55,301 nt of DNA. Source: an uncultured virus (IMG/VR IMGVR_UViG_3300034104_004763). Taxonomy: Duplodnaviria > Heunggongvirae > Uroviricota > Caudoviricetes. The position numbers and the translations under genes are program-made. The DNA is taken from IMG/VR virus record IMGVR_UViG_3300034104_004763; one strand, given 5' to 3'. This document shows, piece after piece, positions 1-8,884 of the stretch (position 1 is the first letter of the stretch; the number at the start of each line of letters is the position of its first letter). The notes beneath the pieces are model-generated. The model did not search any database, was not told where the DNA came from, and saw only the letters and a list, made by a program, of their open reading frames with translations.

Positions 1-123
1 CACGAACGGGCACGGGTTGGTGTCGAATGCCCACACGTCGTTGCTGTCCGTACACGAGATGGTGTCGAACACGTGTAAAATTTCCGCACCTTTCAGATCG
101 AAAACGATCTTTCACCCAGGCCC
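1..123. other. GC-rich non-coding segment with short repeats and a hairpin
   Basis: About 53% GC over 1-120 by hand count versus a very AT-rich remainder; GGTGTCGAA at 19 and 61; palindrome ACACGTGT 69-76; hairpin AGATCG-AAAA-CGATCT 95-110. Confidence 0.6.
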
Positions 124-201
124 TCATATATACTCATATACTAAAACAAATGTAGGTCTCCCCCTATTCCATATACTTATAGGAAATTAAAATTAAATAA
201 A

Positions 202-432
202 ATGAAACAGATCAAAACCTTAACCTCTATGAGTGAAACGCTTGTTCTCCTATTGGAAGATCTAACCAACTTATTAAATGATATCGATAATGGTGATTTA
301 GTAAGGGAAATCGAGAATAACGTTGTTTCTCCCATGGAAGACGCTCAAGCCCAATTGGATATTATCTTAGATGATATTGATGATGGAGTGTATGATGAAC
401 ATTCAGAAGAAGAATTTGAAGAGTGGGAATAA
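202..432 (+). CDS. small acidic hypothetical protein
   Basis: 76-aa ORF with A-rich leader, preceded by late-promoter variant ATACTTATA (173-181). Confidence 0.7.
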   Translation: MKQIKTLTSMSETLVLLLEDLTNLLNDIDNGDLVREIENNVVSPMEDAQAQLDIILDDIDDGVYDEHSEEEFEEWE

Positions 433-536
433 CCCTTTTGGAAAGTTTTTCCTAGAATGTAAAAATCTCTTTTAAAAAAGTTTTTTGGGAAGTCGAGCAT
501 ATATACTACTTAAACTAATAAATTAGTTGAAGCTGT

Positions 537-566
537 TAATCCCTAGCCTAAAGTTAGGGATTATTT
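537..566 (+). terminator. hairpin, putative terminator abutting a promoter
   Basis: TAATCCCTAGC-CTAAA-GTTAGGGATTA stem-loop (one G-U pair) followed by TTT. Confidence 0.55.
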
Positions 567-593
567 GGCTTCCTAACCTTTTCTTCGTATGTT
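565..593 (+). promoter_or_regulatory. host-type (Bacteroidota -33/-7-like) promoter
   Basis: TTG(565-567)-N20-TATGTT(588-593). Confidence 0.55.
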
Positions 594-600
594 AATTATT

Positions 601-789
601 ATGAGAAAATTATATTATAAATTAGTTATGTTCATAGGTTATACAATCATAATTCATGATCACTACAACCCAGAAACATTTGAATTAGAAAAGAAATATG
701 CCTATATAGGGATTTATAAGTACCTAGGTAATTTTAAACACGACGGAAGTTTAAAGATGATTAGAGTTTGGGAAATTAAAATAAGATAG
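601..789 (+). CDS. hypothetical protein
   Basis: The track start at 589 overlaps the -7 promoter box, so the in-frame ATG at 601 is preferred. Confidence 0.55.
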   Translation: MRKLYYKLVMFIGYTIIIHDHYNPETFELEKKYAYIGIYKYLGNFKHDGSLKMIRVWEIKIR

Positions 790-791
790 TT

Positions 792-1013
792 ATGTAGCAA
801 ACAGCAGTAGAATGGTTAGTGAATGAAATTATGACTAAGCATGATAAATCATTTCTTGAATTTTATGGTTCAGAAGTTACACAAGCCAAAGAAATGGAAA
901 AGCAACAGATTATTGATGCACATGGTAATCAACAAAAAAAATCAGGTGGTGTTTCTAATTACACTTATATTTTAACAGGTGAAAAATACTATAACGAGAC
1001 TTTTAATAAATAA
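792..1013 (+). pseudogene. small (MK)QTAVEWL...QAKEME-type phage protein with an in-frame TAG at codon 2
   Basis: ATG TAG CAA ACA GCA GTA GAA TGG TTA (792-818) is in frame with track ORF 819..1013; the start has the GTTATG context used by neighbouring genes. Confidence 0.55.
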
Positions 1014-1016
1014 GTT

Positions 1017-1217
1017 ATGATAAAAGTAAGATTAATACTAATGTTTCAAGGAAGGGTAGAACACGACATTGAAACCGAAATGATAAGACCTAGATTAAAA
1101 GAAACAATTACTCTACATGAACGTGGAGGACATTATAAAATAAAGTTTATCCAACATATGTTTAATGATAAAGGAGAATTTGAATCTCTAATGGTAACAG
1201 GAATAAAAAAAGTATAA
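1017..1217 (+). CDS. hypothetical protein
   Basis: 66-aa ORF with AAGTTATG start and TAATG coupling to the next gene. Confidence 0.7.
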   Translation: MIKVRLILMFQGRVEHDIETEMIRPRLKETITLHERGGHYKIKFIQHMFNDKGEFESLMVTGIKKV

Positions 1218-1456
1218 TGAATATTAAAGAACTAATAGAGACTCTTTCCACATTAGATTCTGAACTAAGAGTTGTAACTCGTGGTTACGAAGGAGGCTAT
1301 GACGATATAGAATGGCCTGTAGGTAAAGATTCTCCTAATGTTATTGATTTGGCACTTCATGTTAATCCAGCATGGTATTATGGTAACCATGAAATGGTAA
1401 GTGAAGATCATCAGTATGGAACTAACGTTGAAGTAGTTAAAGCAATTGTATTATAA
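1217..1456 (+). CDS. hypothetical phage protein
   Basis: 79 aa, ELIE.L..LD.E..V..RGYEGGYDD pattern seen in small phage proteins. Confidence 0.7.
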   Translation: MNIKELIETLSTLDSELRVVTRGYEGGYDDIEWPVGKDSPNVIDLALHVNPAWYYGNHEMVSEDHQYGTNVEVVKAIVL

Positions 1457-1467
1457 AATTTCTCCTA

Positions 1468-2097
1468 ATGTCTAAAATAATCCAATATACACAGGCTAAA
1501 GAAATGGAAATTAACGGCGATCTAATTATCTATGATACAGATCGAGTAGTTACTCCTTTAAACCAAAATTCCAATTCTTCTTTATGGAAAGAAAATTTCC
1601 AAAAATTAAAACAAAAATTTAAAAAGGTTCCTCTTCACAAACTAATAGAATTTCTTGATTTCGATTATGTTATAGAATATAAACATCAAGAACAAGGAGA
1701 TACTCCTACTACTATCTGGTCTTACTCATATGGTAAAACTCCTAGTAGTGCTTATGTATTAGAAAAATCTTTTAATAAAGGTAAATATGTGTACATACTT
1801 ACTAATGAGGCATATCCAAATATATGTAAAATAGGAAAAGCAATTCAACCTACTTACCGTGTAACTAAAGTTAACGGGTCAGGAACAGTCTCTGAATGGC
1901 AACTGCGTTGGGCTTTACCTGTGTCTGATGATTATAAAGTGGAGAGTGTAGTACATAAAACTTTAGAGCATCTACGTATGAATTCGTTTCAAGGATCATC
2001 TAGGGAATTTTTCTCTATTTCCTTAAACGAGGCTATTAAAGTTATTGAGGATTTAGGACAAGAATTTAAAACAGATAAAGGGGTTTATTATGAGTAG
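1468..2097 (+). CDS. T5orf172/MUG113-type GIY-YIG-superfamily domain protein
   Basis: C-terminal half YVYILTN...CKIGKA...VE..VH..L...R....REFF. Confidence 0.75.
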   Translation: MSKIIQYTQAKEMEINGDLIIYDTDRVVTPLNQNSNSSLWKENFQKLKQKFKKVPLHKLIEFLDFDYVIEYKHQEQGDTPTTIWSYSYGKTPSSAYVLEKSFNKGKYVYILTNEAYPNICKIGKAIQPTYRVTKVNGSGTVSEWQLRWALPVSDDYKVESVVHKTLEHLRMNSFQGSSREFFSISLNEAIKVIEDLGQEFKTDKGVYYE

Positions 2098-2293
2098 TGT
2101 GATTTTGTTGTATATATGGATTTGTGTTAAGGCGTATTTACAAGTGGGGTTGTTTATGTCCTCTATAATTTTAATAATGACAATTGTAAATGATACTGTA
2201 GATCGAACATGGTTTAGGGATTTTCTCTTTACTCTTTTCCTTCATCCTATAGTAGTTTATTACCTTATAAAAGAATTAACTGATGGAGAATAA
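2090..2293 (+). CDS. small membrane protein
   Basis: 67 aa with two hydrophobic segments; overlaps both neighbours. Confidence 0.6.
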   Translation: MSSVILLYIWICVKAYLQVGLFMSSIILIMTIVNDTVDRTWFRDFLFTLFLHPIVVYYLIKELTDGE

Positions 2294-2573
2294 TTTAGAT
2301 AAACAATTAGTTCCGTATATGGAACATGTTATTGGGCAAACTTTGAATATGGTTGAATCTATATCTAAAGAGAAAGGTTTTAATAAAAAAGAAATGGGGA
2401 AATTAATTTCTGAATTGAATAATGAATTTGGAGATTATCTTACATTACTATCTCCGCAAATCCAGGGCAGAATAATGGAGATTAACCACTATATGTTAAA
2501 TGATGATAAGGTATATGAAGAGTCAAATGACCAACCTAATATCCAACCTTTTGAGGATAATGCAAAAGAATAA
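2283..2573 (+). CDS. hypothetical protein
   Basis: 96-aa ORF in a tightly packed operon. Confidence 0.65.
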   Translation: MENNLDKQLVPYMEHVIGQTLNMVESISKEKGFNKKEMGKLISELNNEFGDYLTLLSPQIQGRIMEINHYMLNDDKVYEESNDQPNIQPFEDNAKE

Positions 2574-2602
2574 AAGACTTTTAAAGACTTCTGCAAAAAG
2601 GC

Positions 2603-2633
2603 TTGGCTTGCAGGAAAACATTTCGTATTTTTG
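2603..2633 (+). promoter_or_regulatory. Bacteroidota consensus-type sigma70 promoter
   Basis: TTG(2603-2605)-N20-TATTTTTG(2626-2633), an exact TAnnTTTG -7 element. Confidence 0.75.
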
Positions 2634-2660
2634 GAGTACGGGAAAAGAAAATGAACAAAG

Positions 2661-2963
2661 ATGAGAGATAAAGAGATAATAGCGTTCACGATAGAGGGAT
2701 GTAGGTACTGTGAGGAATTGGAGGGTAAATTGGATAATGAAGAGATAAAGTACAGGAATATAGATGTAAGTAGGAATAGTGAGATAGGGGATATGATTGA
2801 GGATACTTATAAATGTACTAAATATCCAATGGTAATACTTCATAGTTCTGATCGTTCTATAGTTTGGTTATCTGAAACAGAATTATTAACTTCAATTAAC
2901 ATTAGAATTTATAATAATATTAATCAAATAATAACAGAAATAAAAAATGAATTTAACAGCTGA
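2661..2963 (+). CDS. glutaredoxin/thioredoxin-fold protein
   Basis: FT..GCRYC (CxxC), Y..IDV, and KYP cis-Pro motif. Confidence 0.85.
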   Translation: MRDKEIIAFTIEGCRYCEELEGKLDNEEIKYRNIDVSRNSEIGDMIEDTYKCTKYPMVILHSSDRSIVWLSETELLTSINIRIYNNINQIITEIKNEFNS

Positions 2964-3702
2964 AAAAATAAATGATAATTGGGGTACTCTAATATCTAGA
3001 ATAGATACTTATATTACTGAGCCAAGATGTACTCAATTAAAAGAATTTTATGAGAAATATCAAGAACGTATTGCTTTAATGCCTGCTTCATATAAAAAAG
3101 AATATCATAATGCTTTTCCTGGAGGATATGTTGATCATGTTATAAGAGTTATAGATGGTGCTCTTAAATTAAATGAGGTATGGAATGAAATGGGAGTAGA
3201 TCAAGGTACTTATACTACTGAAGAATTAGTATTTTCAGCTTTAAATCATGACTTAGGTAAAATAGGAGATGAAAATCATGAATCATATATCCCTCAGACT
3301 GACCAATGGAGAAAAGATAAACTAGGAGAGGATTATATGTTTAATGATGCTTTAGCATTTGCCTCAGTTCCAGATCGTTCTTTATTTTTACTTCAACAAA
3401 ATAGTATTCCTTATACTTTTAATGAAATGGTAGCAATTCAGATACATGATGGTATTTATGATGAGGGAAATAAAAAGTATTTAGCTACATTTAATCCAGG
3501 ACAAAAACCTAGAACATCTTTACCTTACATCTTACATCAGGCTGATTTAATGGCTTCACGTATTGAGTTTGAAAGAGAATGGTTACCTAAATTTAGAGGT
3601 GAAAAGAAAGTAGAAGTTAAAGCGTCTAAACCCACAATAAAACAACAGCCTAAATTGTCTAACGCAAGCGCACCGTTTGCAAATTTATTAAATAACATAT
3701 AA
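2947..3702 (+). CDS. HD-domain phosphohydrolase (YhaM-like HD motifs)
   Basis: PAS...YHNAFPGG..DH, HDLGK, HDG, HQAD. Confidence 0.85.
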   Translation: MNLTAEKINDNWGTLISRIDTYITEPRCTQLKEFYEKYQERIALMPASYKKEYHNAFPGGYVDHVIRVIDGALKLNEVWNEMGVDQGTYTTEELVFSALNHDLGKIGDENHESYIPQTDQWRKDKLGEDYMFNDALAFASVPDRSLFLLQQNSIPYTFNEMVAIQIHDGIYDEGNKKYLATFNPGQKPRTSLPYILHQADLMASRIEFEREWLPKFRGEKKVEVKASKPTIKQQPKLSNASAPFANLLNNI

Positions 3703-3703
3703 T

Positions 3704-3982
3704 ATGATATTAATTTATATTAATATTGGAGTAATTGTTCTAGGAGTTATAGGATACATTATTTGGAATTTACTTAGAAAAGTAGAAAAACTAGAAAATA
3801 CTATAAACGTACAAGAAAAATACATTCTTGATTTTTATGATCTAGTAAAGACTTCAGAAGATAAAATTAAAGAAATTGACTCTAAACAATTATTTCAATC
3901 AGATGATGAAGTAGGTTTTTTCTTTACTAATTTAAAAACAATCCAAGAAGCACTTTCGGATTATATCAAATTTATCAAATAA
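3704..3982 (+). CDS. membrane-anchored coiled-coil protein
   Basis: N-terminal transmembrane helix followed by a charged helical region. Confidence 0.7.
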   Translation: MILIYINIGVIVLGVIGYIIWNLLRKVEKLENTINVQEKYILDFYDLVKTSEDKIKEIDSKQLFQSDDEVGFFFTNLKTIQEALSDYIKFIK

Positions 3983-3983
3983 T

Positions 3984-4784
3984 ATGGAGGTATTAAATTC
4001 CGAAATTAAAATACTTCATGTTCCACAAGAAGAAACAGAAGTTCAATATACTAAAAAAGGAACAGTTAGAAAGAGAAAACCTAAAGAAAAAAAGCAATAC
4101 TTTACTCAAGATACAGAAGATGCTATTGTAGAATATTTAACTACAACAGATCAACATACTCGAAATAAGATTTATAATGAACGTATTAAATATGCTTTTC
4201 ATAAATTAACTGAAAATATAATTCATACTTTTAAATTTTATTATACTGAAGTAGAAACAATAGCTGAATTACAACATGAAGTGACAGCATTTTTACTTGA
4301 AAAACTTCATTTATATAACCAGTCAAAAGGTAAAGCTTATTCTTATTTTGGTACTATTGCTAAACGTTATTTAATTCTTTATAATAATAAAAATTATGAG
4401 AAATTAAAAGGCAAAGCAGAAGTAGCTGATATAGATGAAGATAGAACTATTGTTTCTAATATAGTAAATGATTCTGAAAGCATAGATGATCCATTAATGG
4501 GTGAAAATTATTTTATAGATAAATTTATCCAATATATGGACCTTTACTTATTCAGAGTATTTCCAGAGATTGAAGATGCTAAAACAGCCGATGCTATTAT
4601 GCAACTTTTTAAACATAGAGAAAGTTTAGATATTTTTAATAAGAAAGGAATTTACATTTATATTAGAGAACAAACAGATCAAGATACTCCTCAAATAACT
4701 AAAATAATAAAAAGGTTAGAGAAAGTTTATAAACGTTTACATTACCAATATCTAGATTATGGGTATGTTAGCTTGAATTATTAA
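3984..4784 (+). CDS. gp55: late-transcription sigma factor, T4 gp55-like
   Basis: Region-2-like segment KLH.Y...KGKAYSYFGTIAKRYL, helical; sits directly upstream of the late gene block with its conserved promoter motif. Confidence 0.65.
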   Translation: MEVLNSEIKILHVPQEETEVQYTKKGTVRKRKPKEKKQYFTQDTEDAIVEYLTTTDQHTRNKIYNERIKYAFHKLTENIIHTFKFYYTEVETIAELQHEVTAFLLEKLHLYNQSKGKAYSYFGTIAKRYLILYNNKNYEKLKGKAEVADIDEDRTIVSNIVNDSESIDDPLMGENYFIDKFIQYMDLYLFRVFPEIEDAKTADAIMQLFKHRESLDIFNKKGIYIYIREQTDQDTPQITKIIKRLEKVYKRLHYQYLDYGYVSLNY

Positions 4785-4800
4785 AAAATTTATAAGTCCT

Positions 4801-4809
4801 ATATTTATA
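4801..4809 (+). promoter_or_regulatory. putative late promoter ATATTTATA
   Basis: Intergenic motif upstream of 4823, one of 14 exact intergenic copies. Confidence 0.7.
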
Positions 4810-4822
4810 ACAAAAATATATT

Positions 4823-5188
4823 ATGGATTTTAACAATGTAGTCTTATTTGGTAAAAAGACTTTTGCCGATTTATTAAAAGAGATACATACTAATTCCTCT
4901 ACTAAAGAAAAGGAAATTAGAATAATGATAGAACAATTAAAACCCTTTATCAATTCAGCTGGTGACGCAGTTATAATTGTTCCTCTTATTAAAGATTATT
5001 TAGATGTATCAGTTAAAAATGATGACTTACTAATTAAAATGGCTGGTATTGTTCAAAGAGCATTAAATAATACTTCAAATGGAGAAGATTTAATGATTAG
5101 TGAGGATGAGAAACAAGCCTTATTAGAGACTATTAATCAATTAGATAAGCAAGTAGAAGAAATACCTGTAAGAAAATTAAATGAGTAG
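4823..5188 (+). CDS. hypothetical helical protein (possible terminase small subunit, unconfirmed)
   Basis: 121 aa, coiled-coil character, first gene after a late promoter. Confidence 0.55.
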   Translation: MDFNNVVLFGKKTFADLLKEIHTNSSTKEKEIRIMIEQLKPFINSAGDAVIIVPLIKDYLDVSVKNDDLLIKMAGIVQRALNNTSNGEDLMISEDEKQALLETINQLDKQVEEIPVRKLNE

Positions 5189-6032
5189 TTTATATCCTAG
5201 TTTACAAGGTAGTATATCAAACATAGCATCGAGTAAAGGAAATGGAGGTAAAAGTCTATTTTTCTTTGCTCGGGTTAATGATATTGTTTTGTCAACTGAG
5301 ACTAAAACTACTAATTTTTTTAGAGAAGCAGGAGGATGGGCTGGATTAGGCTCAATTAAATTTACTCCTATAAATTCTAAACCTGATAATGATAAACCTG
5401 CTAACTTAATAGCTAAGCCTTTATTCAATAATATTTCTAAATATCCTATTTTAGAAGAAATTGTTTTAATATTAAATGCTCCTTCATATGATTTAAATGA
5501 GCAACCCAATGCTAAAACATTTTATTATTTAACTACAGTTGGTTTATGGAATAGTATTCATCATAATGCTTTTCCTGATATCCAGACATATAATGGTGGT
5601 AATTTAAATTTTGGTAATACATTTACTGAAAAAGAAAATATAAGAAGTTTATTACCTGAAGAAGGAGATGTAATATTTGAGGGAAGATGGGGTAATTCAA
5701 TTCGTTTTTCTTCTACAACCAAGCAAAAAGCCATAAACAATCCTTGGAGTTCACAAGGTGATGTTGGAATGCCTATTACTATTATTAGAAATGGACAATC
5801 TAATGTTGACATAAATCCGGATCCATGGGTTCCTGTTTATGAAGATCCTAATAATGATGGAACTTCAATCTACTTATGTGCGGGTCAAGAAATACCTTTA
5901 GATTACGCTTCTAAAAATTTACAATCATATAGTGTAACTCTAGGTTCAGCTTTTAATAGTTCATTACAAATTCCTGATCCTCCATTCCCTTCTCCTGATG
6001 TATCACCTAAACAAGCAGATAACTTAAACTAA
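5181..6032 (+). CDS. baseplate hub/spike protein N-terminal part (gp5-like)
   Basis: YP...E.V OB-fold-like segment and EGDVIFEGRWGNSIRF motif; lies upstream of gp25 and gp6. Confidence 0.55.
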   Translation: MSSLYPSLQGSISNIASSKGNGGKSLFFFARVNDIVLSTETKTTNFFREAGGWAGLGSIKFTPINSKPDNDKPANLIAKPLFNNISKYPILEEIVLILNAPSYDLNEQPNAKTFYYLTTVGLWNSIHHNAFPDIQTYNGGNLNFGNTFTEKENIRSLLPEEGDVIFEGRWGNSIRFSSTTKQKAINNPWSSQGDVGMPITIIRNGQSNVDINPDPWVPVYEDPNNDGTSIYLCAGQEIPLDYASKNLQSYSVTLGSAFNSSLQIPDPPFPSPDVSPKQADNLN

Positions 6033-6033
6033 T

Positions 6034-6468
6034 ATGGCATCTTCTTATAAACCTGAATTCCCTTACTTAGGAGATCATTTAATATTAAATTCTGGTAGAG
6101 TTACTATTAACTCTAAAGATGATTCTATAATGTTATTTGCTAAGGAATCTATTAGTTTCTCTTCAGCAGGTACTATTCATTTTAATAGTGATGACAATTT
6201 AATAATTAATTCACCTAAAATTTATTTAGGATTAGAAACAGATGTTAATAAACCAGAACCCGCTATTAAAGGGGAAAAATTATTTGATGCTTTAAGTTTT
6301 TTAGCAGAGGCCTTAATAAATTTAGGAGAAGGTTTATCATATGCTACAGATAGTAATGGTATAGGGATTCCTTCAGTATCAGTATCTGGAGAAAGTTTAA
6401 TGGTTGATTCTTTACAATTGCAGAATTTATTAGATAAAATTAGATCTGAAAAAACCTTTTTATTATAA
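6034..6468 (+). CDS. baseplate spike C-terminal beta-helix part
   Basis: Periodic beta-strand pattern LILNSGRVTINSKDDSIMLFA...IHFNS...IINSPKIYLG...PAIKGEKL. Confidence 0.55.
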   Translation: MASSYKPEFPYLGDHLILNSGRVTINSKDDSIMLFAKESISFSSAGTIHFNSDDNLIINSPKIYLGLETDVNKPEPAIKGEKLFDALSFLAEALINLGEGLSYATDSNGIGIPSVSVSGESLMVDSLQLQNLLDKIRSEKTFLL

Positions 6469-7955
6469 TGGCAGTACCTAAAGGATTATCTAGAATATTA
6501 TGTGATGTAGCTCCTAAAAGAATTAGTAAGGCTACTAATTCAATACTTAAAATTTTATTTAAAATTAATAATGTTTTAAGTGAAATAAATTCTATTGATT
6601 TTTGTAATCCTTTAGGATATATTATATCTAAAGCTTTACCTCCTGGAGGACTTTTAGAAGCTAAACTTTTAAAATATGGAAAGGATGCTTTAGACTTTGT
6701 AAATAGAACAGGTGATAATTTAAATCCTTTAAGATTAGAAAGTGAAACTCCTCAATCTGGAGATACACCTGAACAAATAGCAGCTAAAGATAAAGCATAT
6801 AAAGATAGAATTCAATCATATCAAGCATCTATTGAAGAAATTAGACTAGCTTTAGAAGATATAATTCCTCCTGATGATTTAATTGAAATTATACCCGGTG
6901 GAGAAGGATTAACTAAAACAATACAACAAGTAAATTTAGCATTAGTAGCCACAAGTGATACTATAGACCCAACTCAGTCTATAATAACTAAAATTACTAT
7001 ATTACAATCATTTGCTAGAAAATTAACTCCTTTCTTATCTCCAATTAATATAGCTACTTTAGCTTTAGGAGGACAAGAAGCCGAAATAAATAAAAAATTA
7101 GCAGGTATAATTAAACCTGAAAGATTTAAGGAAAGTGTTGGATTTTTAGTTAAACAAGTAAAAGCAGTTGATAAAGCTATTGTTCAAATACAAGCTACTG
7201 TTAAATTAATTAATACTATTGTAAGAATTATTAATGTTTTAACTAAAGTATATAAATTTGTAGTTAAAATACTAAAACGTTTAAATACTCCTTTGGCAGT
7301 AGGAGGAGGAGGTTCACCTGTAATTTCACAAACTAATGCATCAACTAATACACAAGCAGATACTATTTCTAAAAGTAATCAAATTGTTGATGATTTACAA
7401 AAAATAACAATTATAGTTTCTACTTTCTTAAAAGGTCCTGTTTTATTAAATATAAAACGTATAAGAAGACAAATACTACGATTATTAACAGGTCTTAATA
7501 TTCTATATCAAAATCTTAAAGCATGTTCTTATACAAGTGATGATCAAGGTCTACTAAATTCAGTTCAAGGAAGTATAGATTCATTAAATAATAGTTTAAA
7601 TATTATTGATGAATTATTCCCTACTATTAGAACTACTAATTTACCTCAATTATATAATGGTTATTCCATTGACATAATTAAAGAAGAAGTAGTTGATGAA
7701 GGTATTTCTTTATTAAGAAGAAGAGTAGTAGTAGCTGATCAAAGAGGAGTAATTGAATATGAAGGTACACCAACATACGCTCCTGATGATCAAGTATTAA
7801 TTAAAGAAGGTCAATATTATATTGATAAACAAAGCCAAACTCGTACTAGTGATACTGGAAATGATTCACCTACTGATCAAGAAGTAATAGATTTAACAAC
7901 ATTAGCAGGATTTGACCCTGATGATACTATTGGTGGGCCTGTAACACCTGATTAA
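6468..7955 (+). CDS. alpha-helical virion-associated hypothetical protein
   Basis: 495 aa with long amphipathic helices, inside the baseplate operon. Confidence 0.6.
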   Translation: MAVPKGLSRILCDVAPKRISKATNSILKILFKINNVLSEINSIDFCNPLGYIISKALPPGGLLEAKLLKYGKDALDFVNRTGDNLNPLRLESETPQSGDTPEQIAAKDKAYKDRIQSYQASIEEIRLALEDIIPPDDLIEIIPGGEGLTKTIQQVNLALVATSDTIDPTQSIITKITILQSFARKLTPFLSPINIATLALGGQEAEINKKLAGIIKPERFKESVGFLVKQVKAVDKAIVQIQATVKLINTIVRIINVLTKVYKFVVKILKRLNTPLAVGGGGSPVISQTNASTNTQADTISKSNQIVDDLQKITIIVSTFLKGPVLLNIKRIRRQILRLLTGLNILYQNLKACSYTSDDQGLLNSVQGSIDSLNNSLNIIDELFPTIRTTNLPQLYNGYSIDIIKEEVVDEGISLLRRRVVVADQRGVIEYEGTPTYAPDDQVLIKEGQYYIDKQSQTRTSDTGNDSPTDQEVIDLTTLAGFDPDDTIGGPVTPD

Positions 7956-7973
7956 AATAAGTTTTAATATTAA

Positions 7974-7982
7974 ATATTTATA
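7974..7982 (+). promoter_or_regulatory. putative late promoter ATATTTATA
   Basis: Motif ends 3 nt before ATG 7986. Confidence 0.65.
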
Positions 7983-7985
7983 TGT

Positions 7986-8471
7986 ATGAAATTAGATGCA
8001 TTCAGAAAAGTAATTAGAGAAGAAGTAAAAAAAGCTATTCAAGAAGAAATGAGAGATATTCTACTTGAAGCAGTAAAATCTGCTAGCAAACCAAATTTAA
8101 CTGGAAACCAATCTACTCAACCCTATTCTAAAGTAGAATCTACTTACAAACCAACATTCTCAGACATAATTGCTGAAGAAAGAAAACCTATCCCTTCTAC
8201 AGGTAATCCTATGTTAGATATCTTAAATGAAACTGCTCAAGCAGGTGAATGGAGAACTTTAAATGGAGGAGAATTTAATGCCTCACAAGCAGTAGGATGG
8301 GCTGGAGGAGCACCAGGTATGATGGGTGGTTCCAATACTCCTGTAGTAGCATCAGTAGATGAAATGATTAAATCTCAAGGACCTGTACGTGATATAAATG
8401 ATGTACGAATTGATGTAGTACCTGATTTTTCAAAATTCATGGGTGCTTTAAAAGAAAAAGGTAGTATTTAA
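7986..8471 (+). CDS. hypothetical protein with helical IREE/LLE leader
   Basis: MKLDAFRKVIREEVKKAIQEE...ILLE. Confidence 0.7.
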   Translation: MKLDAFRKVIREEVKKAIQEEMRDILLEAVKSASKPNLTGNQSTQPYSKVESTYKPTFSDIIAEERKPIPSTGNPMLDILNETAQAGEWRTLNGGEFNASQAVGWAGGAPGMMGGSNTPVVASVDEMIKSQGPVRDINDVRIDVVPDFSKFMGALKEKGSI

Positions 8472-8884
8472 TGGCTTATAATGTAATTAATATTAGTCCT
8501 TTAGACCTACAACCTAGTAAAGGGGTAGGTATCCAAGTTCCTTTTAATGGAACTACTGGATTGAATATTACTTATACAACTAAAGACGCTGTTAAATCTA
8601 ATATTTTAAATTTTTTCTTAACAGGAAAGAAAGAAAGAGTAATGAATCCCTCATTTGGAGCGGGAATAAGAGAACAATTATTTGAACAAATAGTTCAAGG
8701 TACTGTTCAAAATATAGAAGATATTATTAAATTTGGATTGTCGGATTATTTCCCTCAAGTAAGACTAAATAAACTAACTGTAGAGGCCTCCCCAGACCAA
8801 AATTTAATTCAAGTGTATTTTAGTTATTCTATAATAAACACTAATATACAAGATGAAATTTTAATAAATTTTAATAATGGCTAA
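8471..8884 (+). CDS. gp25: baseplate wedge protein, gp25/GPW family
   Basis: AVKSNILNFFLT.K.ERVMNPSFG..IR..LFE motif. Confidence 0.9.
   Translation: MAYNVINISPLDLQPSKGVGIQVPFNGTTGLNITYTTKDAVKSNILNFFLTGKKERVMNPSFGAGIREQLFEQIVQGTVQNIEDIIKFGLSDYFPQVRLNKLTVEASPDQNLIQVYFSYSIINTNIQDEILINFNNG

Noticed and set aside
433..536. tRNA or ncRNA in intergenic gaps
   Set aside because: No cloverleaf or T-loop consensus seen here or in other gaps; only A/T runs
6468..7955. Tape measure protein call
   Set aside because: Helical, but short and without recognisable tape-measure repeats; left as hypothetical
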